32,000 nucleotides of DNA from Acaryochloris marina S15 (GCF_018336915.1 NZ_CP064926.1:150001-182000); one strand, 5' to 3'; shown: positions 7,874 to 17,521, counted from the first letter of the stretch. Made by a program: numbers and translations. Notes: generated from the sequence alone by a model not told the origin.

Positions 7874-8416
7874 ACTTGATCTCCCGCAATAATTTTGCTG
7901 TTTAACTCAAGTAGCTCACTGATCAATCAAGCTCTGGAAATCGCTCAACCAATCGTATTTATCTGTTGGATAGTGAGATATCAGCGTTTTGTTCTATAAA
8001 GAGTTGCTGATTTTTCTAGTCGCACTATTCAAAAAAATAACTACCTTAAGTCTAGAAAGATAAATTGAGAATCTTGTGAAACCACAAAAAAGATTTAGTG
8101 GTGAATCCCAATTTCAATGGTAGGAATACTACCAAGAGATATAAGCAGGCATGAAATATGGGGGAACAAAGTTTGTATATTGTTGCTGTCATTCAGAGAT
8201 GTCCAAGTTTTGAGAACCACTTCACTGATACGCCTCACAAATTACTCAAACTCTTCCTCTAATTTCAGGAGGAAGTGAAATCAAATTCATTATTTGTCTG
8301 AGGGAGGGTATTGAAACGTTTGTTATTCAAATTCTCAAATGCTATGTCTTTTCCGCTTAAACGATGCAGCTCTGAATGAGTAACAGACAAAATCAAAATA
8401 TTCAGGAGAAACAACT

Positions 8417-10384
8417 ATGCCTATTGAAACAGAGCCTAATCGCACTCGAAAAAATATTGAACCCAAGCGGTTTGGTGGCAGTTTATTCATTCTGTTTACA
8501 TTATTATTATTTCTAAACCTATTTGTGTTGCGAGGACCACGGTTTCCGATAACTGCCTACAGTGATTTTGTTACTCAAGTAGAGGCGGGTCAGGTTGAAC
8601 GGGTGGAGGTTCGTTCGGATCGTATTCGATATATCTTGAAAAGTGACCAGTATGGATTTGATGAGGGGACAGAGCCTGCTCCCGTATTCGATACGGTGCC
8701 TGTTGGGATTGATTTAGAATTACCCAAATTTCTACGAGAGCATGATGTTCAGTACTTTGCTCCACCTCCAAGCTCCTTAAGCTGGTTGCCGACTCTTTTA
8801 GGGTGGGTTGTACCACCGTTAATTTTCTTTGGTATTTGGAGTTGGTTGATCAACCGAAATCAAGGGGCAGGCCCTGCTGCCCTAACGGTGGGTCAAAGCA
8901 AGGCCCGTATTTACTCAGAAGGGAGCACAGGTGTAACATTTGATGATGTTGCTGGAGTTGAAGAGGCAAAAACGGAATTGCTAGAGATTGTAGATTTTCT
9001 AGCTCATGCCGACAAATACACTCGCTTGGGAGCCAAAATACCCAAAGGTATCTTGTTAGTTGGCCCACCGGGAACAGGTAAAACATTACTCGCTAAAGCA
9101 ATCGCCGGAGAAGCTAAGGTGCCGTTCTTCAGTATTTCAGGATCGGAGTTTATCGAGCTATTTGTTGGGATAGGTGCAGCTCGGGTTCGCGATTTGTTTG
9201 AACAAGCCAAGCAACAAGCTCCTTGTATTGTGTTTATCGATGAATTAGATGCTCTAGGTAAGGCACGGGGAGGACCTGGCGGATTCACGGGAGGAAATGA
9301 TGAACGGGAACAAACACTGAATCAACTTCTCTCGGAGATGGATGGATTTGATCCTAATGTTGGGGTTCTTCTGCTAGCAGCTACCAACCGTCCAGAGGTA
9401 CTTGATTCGGCATTGCTACGTCCAGGCCGGTTTGATCGGCAAGTGGTCGTAGATCGCCCTGACAAGATGGGTCGAGAGGCAATTTTGAAGGTTCATATCA
9501 GAGGAGTGAAGCTGGCTGAAGATGTTGACTTGACCAAGTTAGCAGCACGGACACCTGGGTTTTCAGGGGCAGATTTGGCTAATTTAGTGAATGAATCAGC
9601 CTTGCTAGCAGCTCGCCAGAACCGCGATGCAGTAGTCATGGCTGATTTCAATGAAGCGATTGAACGAGTTGTTGCAGGTTTGGAGAAAAAGTCGCGCGTT
9701 CTCAATGATTTAGAGAAAAAGACTGTCGCTTATCACGAAGTGGGGCATGCTATTGTGGGCAGTTTGATGCCAGGTGCAGGGACGGTTGAGAAAATTTCGG
9801 TAATTCCCCGTGGCATTGGCGCACTAGGCTATACTCTGCAACTTCCAGAGGAAGACCGCTTCTTGATCACAGCCAGTGAATTGCGAGGCAGGATAGCGAC
9901 TTTGTTAGGAGGACGTTCAGCTGAAGAGTTAATTTTTGGAGTTGTTTCTACAGGAGCCAGTGATGATATCCAGAAAGCAACCGATTTAGCTGAACGGTAT
10001 GTCACCCTCTACGGTATGAGTGATGAACTTGGTCCTATTGCGTATGAAAAGGCACAACAACAGTTTCTAGAAGGAATGCCTAATCCGCGCCGTACCGTTG
10101 GTCCCCATGTTGTTGAAGCAATTGATCAAGCGGTAAAGGAAGTGGTTGATGGGGCTCACCATATGGCATTGAGTATTCTATCCATTAATCAAGATATGCT
10201 CCAATTAACTGCGAGTCATCTTTTAGAGAAAGAGTTTTTAGAAAGGCAAGAATTGCATTCGCTGCTAAGTCAACCTCAGTTTCCACCTGAAATGGATGAA
10301 TGGCTACGGACGGGTAAGTTTCCTCAAGGAAAAGAGCTGATCCAAACTTCCTTAAATTCACATCAGCCAATCGGAATTAATTAA
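8417..10384 (+). CDS. ftsH: ATP-dependent zinc metalloprotease FtsH
   Basis: 655 aa with two N-terminal TM segments. Walker A GPPGTGKT, Walker [10 protein letters not shown], second region of homology [19 protein letters not shown], zinc site HEVGHAI. AGGAG upstream of the ATG. Confidence 0.96.
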   Translation: MPIETEPNRTRKNIEPKRFGGSLFILFTLLLFLNLFVLRGPRFPITAYSDFVTQVEAGQVERVEVRSDRIRYILKSDQYGFDEGTEPAPVFDTVPVGIDLELPKFLREHDVQYFAPPPSSLSWLPTLLGWVVPPLIFFGIWSWLINRNQGAGPAALTVGQSKARIYSEGSTGVTFDDVAGVEEAKTELLEIVDFLAHADKYTRLGAKIPKGILLVGPPGTGKTLLAKAIAGEAKVPFFSISGSEFIELFVGIGAARVRDLFEQAKQQAPCIVFIDELDALGKARGGPGGFTGGNDEREQTLNQLLSEMDGFDPNVGVLLLAATNRPEVLDSALLRPGRFDRQVVVDRPDKMGREAILKVHIRGVKLAEDVDLTKLAARTPGFSGADLANLVNESALLAARQNRDAVVMADFNEAIERVVAGLEKKSRVLNDLEKKTVAYHEVGHAIVGSLMPGAGTVEKISVIPRGIGALGYTLQLPEEDRFLITASELRGRIATLLGGRSAEELIFGVVSTGASDDIQKATDLAERYVTLYGMSDELGPIAYEKAQQQFLEGMPNPRRTVGPHVVEAIDQAVKEVVDGAHHMALSILSINQDMLQLTASHLLEKEFLERQELHSLLSQPQFPPEMDEWLRTGKFPQGKELIQTSLNSHQPIGIN

Positions 10385-10514
10385 GTCATAGGGAAATCTA
10401 TCAAATCCATGCCATAGAGGAGAACAATAGCTTTGCAGTTTTGCAGCCTTTGTCTCCATAACTATACTGCTGAATGAGTCTCCCTTTTTGTACTCTTGCA
10501 TAAGGAGCACGTCT

Positions 10515-11036
10515 GTGAGAATCTTGATTATCTATTTTTCCTTTTCAGGTAATAATCGGCGACTTGCTGAGTATCTAGTCAAAGAAATTCAGTGCGATAT
10601 CTGCCCCATTATTGAAAAAAAGAGGCGGACAATGGTAACGATCATTTTAGACATGATGTTCAAAAGATATCCAAAAATTGAGGCTATTGAAGCCCCGATC
10701 GCAAATTACGATCACACCATCTTGGTTGCGCCAATCTGGGATTCTAAGGTAGCTAATCCCTTGAAAACATTGATCAGGAGTGAGAAGAATTCTTTGAATA
10801 ATTATTCTTTCATATCATTCTGTGGTTTCGACCGCCCTGGACAAAAAGAAAGAATTACTAATCAACTTACAGATCTCACTGGATATCCACCAAAAGCTGT
10901 CTCTGAATTAAAAGTTTGCGAACTCTTTCCATCAGAGTATAGAGAGGAAGTCAATACTATTTCCCGCTATCATATCACTAGTAAAGATCTCTCTAAGTTT
11001 GAAGATGAAATTTATGATTTTCTCCACCTCATATAA
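10515..11036 (+). CDS. Flavodoxin-like fold protein
   Basis: RILIIYFSFSGNNRRLAEYL is a flavodoxin-type N-terminal strand and phosphate loop. I place the start at GTG 10515, with AAGGAG at 10502..10507 (7-nt spacer), rather than the track TTG at 10488. Confidence 0.6.
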   Translation: MRILIIYFSFSGNNRRLAEYLVKEIQCDICPIIEKKRRTMVTIILDMMFKRYPKIEAIEAPIANYDHTILVAPIWDSKVANPLKTLIRSEKNSLNNYSFISFCGFDRPGQKERITNQLTDLTGYPPKAVSELKVCELFPSEYREEVNTISRYHITSKDLSKFEDEIYDFLHLI

Positions 11037-11237
11037 AGAATAAAATATTAAATATTCACTCAATATAGTAGACTATTTATTTTCTTTAGATGTAGTCCAT
11101 AGCTTCGGATGGGAGTGGAGGAGAAGCTCGTAAGAACAATCATCTGTGTCTTCACCTAGTACAAATCTATTGAAACTTTGGTAAGTAACTCTCTGTAATT
11201 ATTGAGGATAAATATATTCTTAATGATTACCAACACA

Positions 11238-11281
11238 CTGAATAGAATGCAATGTCATTAGACCTCTTGCATTCTATTCAG
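11238..11281. terminator. Perfect 15-bp stem / 14-nt loop hairpin between two convergent genes (candidate bidirectional terminator or protein-binding palindrome)
   Basis: CTGAATAGAATGCAA (11238..11252) pairs with TTGCATTCTATTCAG (11267..11281). There is no flanking U-tract on either strand. Confidence 0.4.
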
Positions 11282-11418
11282 CTAACGACATAGCAGTGGC
11301 CTAAAAATCTAAGTCATATTGCAGCATCAACTGAGTTACTAACACATCAAGAAACGAATATTCCAAGAGGTCTATTATTCCAACGATAAATGGCTAATTC
11401 ATTAAGTTGATCATGTGA

Positions 11419-11964
11419 TCATGTTGAAATCATAGAACGAAGCTGTTCTGCCGATGAATTGGTGGAGGGCTGTACTGCTAATTGATTCGGTGTGCGTACA
11501 ACCATGACTGAACATAGGGCATGATGAACAACATAGTTGCTAATACTACCTAACACTAATTCTTTTACCCCAGAATGACCTCGACTTCCCATTAAAATTA
11601 AATCAGCGTTCCATTCCTTAGCAAAATCGCAGATCTCTTGTCGAGGATTACCAAATTTTTGTGTGATCTCAGTAGTAATTCCAACTAACTTTGCTTGCTC
11701 AGCCAGTATTACTAATCGATGTAACTCTTTTTCTTTATACTTTTTCCATTCTTGTTGAAAACGATTCAACGGTATGTCAGAAAAAGCTGGATAGAGATAG
11801 GTTCCAGGAAAAACAGGATGTGCTTGATAGCCTTCTCCTTCGATGGATAGGACATGTAGTAGCATAAGTCGAGCATGGCAATATTCTGCTATTTCCATTG
11901 CAACTTCAAAAGATTGAATAGCATTTATTGAGTGATCCATGGCGACCAAAATCTTCTTAATCAT
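11419..11964 (-). CDS. Universal stress protein (UspA family), ATP-binding type
   Basis: KILVAMDHS...LLHVL...ADLILMGSRGHSGVKELVLGSISNYVVHHALCSVMVV contains the G-x2-G-x9-G-S ATP motif. Start chosen at ATG 11964 (GGAGG 5 nt upstream) rather than the track start 11982. Confidence 0.85.
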   Translation of the reverse strand: MIKKILVAMDHSINAIQSFEVAMEIAEYCHARLMLLHVLSIEGEGYQAHPVFPGTYLYPAFSDIPLNRFQQEWKKYKEKELHRLVILAEQAKLVGITTEITQKFGNPRQEICDFAKEWNADLILMGSRGHSGVKELVLGSISNYVVHHALCSVMVVRTPNQLAVQPSTNSSAEQLRSMIST

Positions 11965-12481
11965 ATTAGCCTCCAGACGCATAGCAGATGGGTTGTATTG
12001 AAAATCACCCTGCTAAATCAAATGCAATACACTAATAAGGCTTATCCAGAGATACCTTTGTGACTAAATAAAAATCACTAAGTGATTAAATTTTATTCAT
12101 CGCATTCTTAATGTAAAGGATGATCAACTCATTCTTACTATAGCCAAACAGGATGAGTAACTTGTGAAGGAATACTTACAACCTTAAATCTAAAAGATAA
12201 AAAACTTGAAAGAAATAAAGTCTTCCTAGTCGCAAGAAATCCTATTATTTTAATCAATGGATCAGTCCTATGTAGCTTTATTAGGAGTGAATCTAGACCA
12301 TGACATTAAATATATTATTCAAATTTAGTAAAGGATTTATATCTAGACTGAAATGAGTATTAATTACTTTACTTAATTGCACTCACATTATTCACAGATA
12401 GATTTTTTAAATTAAAACTATAGAGAGCTATTCAAATCACCTAGTCTTAATCTACTCAATTTTAATTTTTTAGAGGTAATT

Positions 12482-12610
12482 ATGTTGCAATCTACTTCAC
12501 ATTTCTTGAACTCTGTAGATTTCTGGGTAAAAATTTCTATTCTTATCCTTGAAATTTTAATTTATAGATGGGCTATCTATAATTTGGAAGATAAATATTT
12601 CTCTAAATAA
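12482..12610 (+). CDS. Small 42-aa hydrophobic ORF
   Basis: GAGGT lies 5 nt upstream of the ATG. Product: MLQSTSHFLNSVDFWVKISILILEILIYRWAIYNLEDKYFSK, with one hydrophobic stretch. It sits in AT-rich DNA, where ORFs of this size can arise by chance. Confidence 0.25.
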   Translation: MLQSTSHFLNSVDFWVKISILILEILIYRWAIYNLEDKYFSK

Positions 12611-12685
12611 TGATTGATAATTTGATTTAGAGTAACTAGTTTTTCAGACATAAGTTGCTTGTTTGTCATGAAAATCGATTAATTT

Positions 12686-13622
12686 CCGTGTCAGGATTGC
12701 AATTGGTGTTTCAATGAACGCACAGGTGCCCCAATGGCTTGCTTTCGCACCTCTAGTTCAGTGGTGAGCTGTGCCATCAATGCCCGCACCGGAAGAATGG
12801 GAGTTCGTGCTGTAGGTGGGACTTTCGGTAAATCTCACACCACCATTATGCGTTGAGAAAAACGTCTAGCAGATCAAGCACAGACCGGGTCACGCCCCGC
12901 GTCAGCAGGCCCTAATGTGACGGTAGGAGGGGATGAAGTATACACTCGTGTAGGCAAAAATCTTCCCCCCACCAGTCAGTTCCAGGGCTGGAACATCCAC
13001 GTCCTTGAACGCGAAAGCCGCTATTGGTTGACAGTACAAGCTGGCCTCAAGGATGCACAACTTTTTGCAAATGGCGTTTACTCGGCTAGAGAGTGGGTGA
13101 AAGCCTGTGATGGGATTCGATGGTTTACTGTTCGCGTAGCGTGCCGAAGGCTTAGGTGAAAGGCGCTATGGAAATGAGCTTTGGAAACTTGCCAGTGTCT
13201 ATCTCAAAGCAGAAGAGTATCACCCTGACTATGGGCATCGCAAGGTTTGGCGAGAAGGATTAGAAGTCGCGATGAAAGTTAAAGGATCTCAGGGGAATCG
13301 TCGAGTGGAGTGGGTGAAAGCAGAGCATCCCTTTACCACTATCAGTCCAGGGTCTGAGATCCATGCCAATCACAACGAGGCTCACAATGCTGCCTTGAGG
13401 AGACGATGTAGTGCTTATCGGAGGCGGCAGAATCTATACGCAAAGAAGCAGTCAGGGTTACAGAGAGAGCTAGACGTACAACGCCTGATTCAAAACTGGG
13501 TTAGACTCCATTGGGGACTCAGTAAGCAGACCACACCAGCAATGGAGATGGGATTTTGTTCTCGTCCGTTGAGCACACTAGAACTCCTCACTAATAAAGA
13601 GTTTAAGTGTGTGCCCTATTAA
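12686..13622 (+). pseudogene. IS1-family-like DDE transposase remnant (5'-truncated, internal stop, frame break)
   Basis: The reading frame opens just after TAA with ..PCQDCNWCFNERTGAP...VRAVGGTFGKSHTTIMR, then TGA (12854..12856), then EKRLADQ...GGDEVYTRVGKN...IRWFT. The frame then changes from frame 2 to frame 0 between about 13130 and 13155. It continues GERRYGNELW...HANHNEAHNAALRRRCSAYRRRQNLYAKK. This order (zinc-finger tail, HTH, DE..., ...TDG-like, H-N..R) parallels IS1 InsAB. No N-terminus or left IR was found. Confidence 0.7.
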
Positions 13623-13643
13623 TACACCAGTGCCATGAGTTTC

Positions 13644-13669
13644 CTCTGCACTTTAGGTGCAGAGTTTTT
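13644..13669 (+). terminator. Rho-independent-type terminator hairpin
   Basis: CTCTGCAC (13644..13651), loop TTTAG, GTGCAGAG (13657..13664), followed by TTTTT (13665..13669). It lies 22 nt after the transposase-remnant stop. Confidence 0.5.
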
Positions 13670-13793
13670 AAGTTTCCTTAGAAATCTTAGGGGTGTGATG
13701 TGCCCAGCCCCAAACGAAAATGGCTAAACAAAGAACACCTAGTTTAACTACGAAGTAAGTCGCTCCGCTGGAATATAAAGGATATAGCATCAT
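13668..13793 (-). CDS. 41-aa single-pass membrane peptide
   Basis: Below the track cutoff. The strong Shine-Dalgarno AAGGGAGGG ends 5 nt before ATGATG. Product: MMLYPLYSSGATYFVVKLGVLCLAIFVWGWAHHTPKISKET. It starts 54 nt downstream of the USP gene stop on the same strand. Confidence 0.45.
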   Translation of the reverse strand: MMLYPLYSSGATYFVVKLGVLCLAIFVWGWAHHTPKISKET

Positions 13794-13847
13794 AATCCCT
13801 CCCTTATGGAACTGAATTTACTTTTTTGATTTTTTGGGTACCTAAAT

Positions 13848-14399
13848 TTATTGCCAACCAGAAAGATGTGAATAAAGAACCTCATTCTCTAGTGAGTTTG
13901 ATGGCTGTTGATTCCTTGAAAGTCGGGCAACTTCAACTGAACAAGGTGCATGGTGTGTAACATGGTTTCTGACACTATTGTGAGAAGGTGTACTATCACT
14001 AGCTGGTTCTTCTCCACCCAAAACAATTAAGTCTGCACGCCAAGATAACGCTAAGTCACAAATTAATTGTCCCGGTTCTCCAATTATGCAGATATAGTCC
14101 GCATCTATACGGGCAGCCTTGGCTCTCTCTACACAACCAACTAGACGCCTTAAAATCCTCCTCTCAGAATTGGATTTAGGGAAAATAGACTTTTGAACAG
14201 GCATTACATCTGAATTTTTCTGAGTAGATTGTAATTGGTCACTAAGTGTCTTGTTGGAAGGTAAATTTTGATCTTGAGAATTTAGAACATGGAGTAGTTT
14301 GAGACTAGACTTATGTTCTTGTGCGATGAGAAATGCTTGTTCGAATACAAACTCACTGGAATCAGAATCATCCATGGCGATCAAGATTCTCTTATTCAT
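13848..14399 (-). CDS. Universal stress protein family, with a degenerate ATP-binding motif
   Basis: KRILIAMDDSDSS...LKLLHVL...ADLIVLGGEEPASDSTPSHNSVRNHVTHHAPCSVEV. The USP fold signatures are present but the G-x2-G-x9-G-S/T motif is missing. Start chosen at ATG 14399 (GGAGG 5 nt upstream) rather than the track start 14411. Confidence 0.75.
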   Translation of the reverse strand: MNKRILIAMDDSDSSEFVFEQAFLIAQEHKSSLKLLHVLNSQDQNLPSNKTLSDQLQSTQKNSDVMPVQKSIFPKSNSERRILRRLVGCVERAKAARIDADYICIIGEPGQLICDLALSWRADLIVLGGEEPASDSTPSHNSVRNHVTHHAPCSVEVARLSRNQQPSNSLENEVLYSHLSGWQ

Positions 14400-14702
14400 C
14401 ATTACCTCCATCTGTTTTAGTGGTGGAAGGTAGAAAATAGTATTACCTTTTCACCTCACCTTCAAATTACTGATATAGTTTGAAGATCTTGTGAGTGAAA
14501 TGATCCTACTGGCTCAAATTCTGTAGAGTTATTGACTTAAGTTTGATTCCTAAGTAACTTTTTATTTTGGTAGGCTTCAATTTTAATTTATACGCTTGGA
14601 AAAAGACAAACAAATTGCGGAACTGATTATTCACATGCCGTTGATTGATCGGTGAATGTCAAAGTGTTTATGAAATTACCTGCTGATAGTTTAACTATTC
14701 AT

Positions 14703-14957
14703 TTAACTTAAAATCTTAAATTCACATCCTAAGTAAGGACCCTCTACAAACTGGCGGTTGTCTTTTTGAACTGAGTCAAAATCTTTTAAGAAAAAAAACA
14801 CACCATCATTAGTACTTCCTATGATTTTGCCTTTACATCCACGCGAAGGTCCTTTCAGGATTTCGACTGAAGTGCCAAAGGAAATCTTTCTTTGATTACT
14901 TAGCATCTTTTGCTCAGTGCTGGCTGATATTAGATGATTTTGGTTGGTTTCTTTCAT
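14703..14957 (-). CDS. Hypothetical 84-aa protein with a KOW-like G-x-x-x-G-K-I-I-G segment
   Basis: Track ORF. VEILKGPSRGCKGKIIGSTNDGV resembles a KOW motif. There is no clear Shine-Dalgarno and the context is AT-rich. Confidence 0.35.
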   Translation of the reverse strand: MKETNQNHLISASTEQKMLSNQRKISFGTSVEILKGPSRGCKGKIIGSTNDGVFFFLKDFDSVQKDNRQFVEGPYLGCEFKILS

Positions 14958-15825
14958 GGCTAGTGATTGTTTCTTTAAAAAAGACCATCATCTGCTTTTA
15001 GATATACAGAAAATATTTCTGAATTTCCAATAGTATTGAATTATAGAAATATACATATATATAACCTAGGTATTTGTCGTAGGCATACAGGGTATCTTTT
15101 TGCTTATTCCTTGGTTGAGTTAATCTTAAATTCTGATTCTTATATAGGCTCAAAAGGTGCCATGGAGAATTAGGTGAAGCATAGAAATAGGAAGCAGATG
15201 AAAAACATAACGAACATATTTCAAGGAAGAATTTTATCTCTATAACGGAGAATAACTATTATTTTGAGCTAAGGATTCTATGCAAGATCATTAGTGTTCA
15301 TAACTCTGAATCCCTAAATATTTTTTTTAGTTTGACATACTTAGCTAATTACACATAATCTTTGAATTGATTAGTATCTAGTCTATTCGAAAAACTTAGA
15401 GGTTTTGTGAGATATAGGAGAAATCTGCCACCACTAAAAATATTTATCAGCAGTATAATTATATTTATTAAAATTAAATATAGTATTTAATCCTTCAAAT
15501 ATTGATGATAAATATATCAGTGTCATTTAATAATTAGAGAAGAAAGCTAAAGTTCTTTTTATTCCTATAGCTATCAATTATCAGCAAAGAGAAGCACTAT
15601 CTATATCTTGATCACTGCTCACTTCGTTCTTGCTTTCTCACAATTACTTCAAGTTTTACAAATATATTTTTATTGTCAATGTGTAACTTATAACAGGCAG
15701 AAAGCGATGCTTGTCATAACTGTCTGGTTCATATCGCGAATGCAAGAAAGTTATCGTTAACTTTTCCAGGGAAGTACTAGTTACTGAAAAAAGAATTTTT
15801 TTTAAGTTAATGACAGGATGTAATC

Positions 15826-16182
15826 ATGGTATACACAAAAGATTTGATTAAAATACTGGCTGAACAAGAAGAAATACCTAGGGAAATTATTTTAGTTAAC
15901 CAGCTTGATATTCCTAATCCTAGAGAAGTATCTGATAATCATGTAAGTTCTTCTATTAATTTAGGAATAATAGTAGCGATTTTAGTTGTGATCTTGATTT
16001 GCTATTCCCCAAACTTTATTAAGCTATTTCGCAGATCCATAGCATATTTGCGAAAAGATAATTGTAATCATTGCCTAAAGTGTAAGTTTTACAATCGAAA
16101 TGTATACCTTAGCTGTGCTGTTCACCCAAGAAGAGTCCTAACAAGTGATGCACTAAACTGTCAAGACTTTCATTCAAAATAG
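15826..16182 (+). CDS. Membrane-anchored Cys-rich protein (DUF6464-like CxxCxxC...CAVHP...C motif)
   Basis: 118 aa. Central TM segment INLGIIVAILVVILICY, then CNHCLKCKFYNRNVYLSCAVHPRRVLTSDALNCQDF. The CAV(H/N)P plus flanking Cys pattern matches, from memory, a small cyanobacterial family. Confidence 0.5.
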   Translation: MVYTKDLIKILAEQEEIPREIILVNQLDIPNPREVSDNHVSSSINLGIIVAILVVILICYSPNFIKLFRRSIAYLRKDNCNHCLKCKFYNRNVYLSCAVHPRRVLTSDALNCQDFHSK

Positions 16183-16214
16183 TGGCGCTAATAGTTTTAG
16201 TAACCTCGCATTTT

Positions 16215-17495
16215 CTACCTCAAATATAAAATAGGAAGTAAGCTGATCAAAGCTAGAATACTTTGTAAAATGAGGCTTGATTTCCCTACTTTCCAATCAC
16301 CAATACCCAATGTGTATACACCTTTCGCGATACTATTACTAGCGGCAGCTATTAAAATAGCGATCGCATTAACGTTTAGCGCAGTAGACTGACCAGCAGA
16401 TTGGGTGATACCCATAACGAAAGGATCTACATCCGCGAACCCCAAAATACCAGCTAGAGTGTAGATGCCCGCTTGACCCAAAACCTCAATTGCGTAGTGT
16501 GTCAAAACTAACAACATCACAAATATCCCTGCAAAGAGTAACGCAAATCTCAGCTCAAGTGGATTTTGAGTTGTTCCTCGGACTGAGTAAACCTTAGTTG
16601 AGCGACCTGCAAATATTAACCATATTCCACCCCCTAAAATAGCGATGCTTGCCACGATACTCATAGGTCCCCATAGGAGTGCTGCAAGAGACTTATTGAA
16701 GATACCCGTTAAAACGATCAAGCGGCAATACATCATCCCTGAGGCGATGAGAATTGCTCCTGCATACCTTCTTGGCAGAGGATCTGAGGTGGATTGTTTT
16801 GCAAGGGCCACGGTTGTAACGGTTGAAGAATAAGCTCCACCGATCAACGCAATAATAATCAGAGTCCCTCTCCCCTGAAATGCACGCTGCAACAGATAGC
16901 TGGCATAGGAGATGCCGCTTACAGCAATGACGACTAACCAAGTCTTAAAGGGATTGAGTTGAAACTCACCATAGGCTTGATTAGGCAGAACTGGCAAGAT
17001 CACAAATGTCAGTAGTAAAAACTTGGTTAATGTAAGAATATCTTCTGAAGAAAATTGGGTAGCCAACTTTTCTAAAACAGACTTTAATTCCAATAAAAAT
17101 AAACTGGTAATTGCTAAGGTTGCGGCTTCCCAGTAGTGACCAAAGTAGACGAGTGCACCCACCAAATAGGTTGCCAAGCAAGCAATTTCTGAAGTTACCC
17201 CTGCATTTTCTACTGTTTGCAACTTATGCCAATACGAAAGAGCCATCAGACCAGCAATGGCTAGAAAACCCATTCCCAATGCGATACTTTGACCGTTCGA
17301 CAAAAAGGCGATGCAATACCCTACTAATCCAATCATTGGGTAGGTACGAACCCCACCAAAAGCATAGCGACCTGTTTGAGAATGATGTCCTTCTCGCTCC
17401 AATCCAATTAGAAAAGATAAGAATAAGACCCATAGCAGCTTAAAAACATTGCTCTGAGGGATGAATTTTAGATTTTGAGTGTCCATACTTCTCAT
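16215..17495 (-). CDS. MgtC/SapB-family membrane protein with a DUF4010-type extension
   Basis: 426 aa and polytopic. The N-terminal LFLSFLIGLEREGHHSQTGRYAFGGVRTYPMIGLVGY matches the MgtC-family signature (LIG.ERE ... GGxRT). Confidence 0.85.
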   Translation of the reverse strand: MRSMDTQNLKFIPQSNVFKLLWVLFLSFLIGLEREGHHSQTGRYAFGGVRTYPMIGLVGYCIAFLSNGQSIALGMGFLAIAGLMALSYWHKLQTVENAGVTSEIACLATYLVGALVYFGHYWEAATLAITSLFLLELKSVLEKLATQFSSEDILTLTKFLLLTFVILPVLPNQAYGEFQLNPFKTWLVVIAVSGISYASYLLQRAFQGRGTLIIIALIGGAYSSTVTTVALAKQSTSDPLPRRYAGAILIASGMMYCRLIVLTGIFNKSLAALLWGPMSIVASIAILGGGIWLIFAGRSTKVYSVRGTTQNPLELRFALLFAGIFVMLLVLTHYAIEVLGQAGIYTLAGILGFADVDPFVMGITQSAGQSTALNVNAIAILIAAASNSIAKGVYTLGIGDWKVGKSSLILQSILALISLLPILYLR

Positions 17496-17521
17496 TGAAG
17501 TATCAGTGGTCGTTTATAGGT

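Noticed and set aside
8253-8275. 7-bp inverted repeat CTTCCTC-N9-GAGGAAG in the ftsH upstream region
   Set aside because: The stem is short and well within chance expectation. It has no U-tract and no repeat elsewhere. I noted it only as a possible 5'-UTR structure and cannot support it.
12073-12087. Palindrome AATCACT-A-AGTGATT about 110 nt upstream of the first USP gene, considered as an operator
   Set aside because: A 7-1-7 palindrome in very AT-rich DNA is plausible by chance. There is no second copy upstream of the other USP gene to support a shared regulator site.
15109-15120. 12-mer CCTTGGTTGAGT shared with 28099..28110
   Set aside because: By my estimate (N^2/2/4^12) tens of chance 12-mer coincidences are expected in a 32-kb window. 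The flanks do not extend the match.
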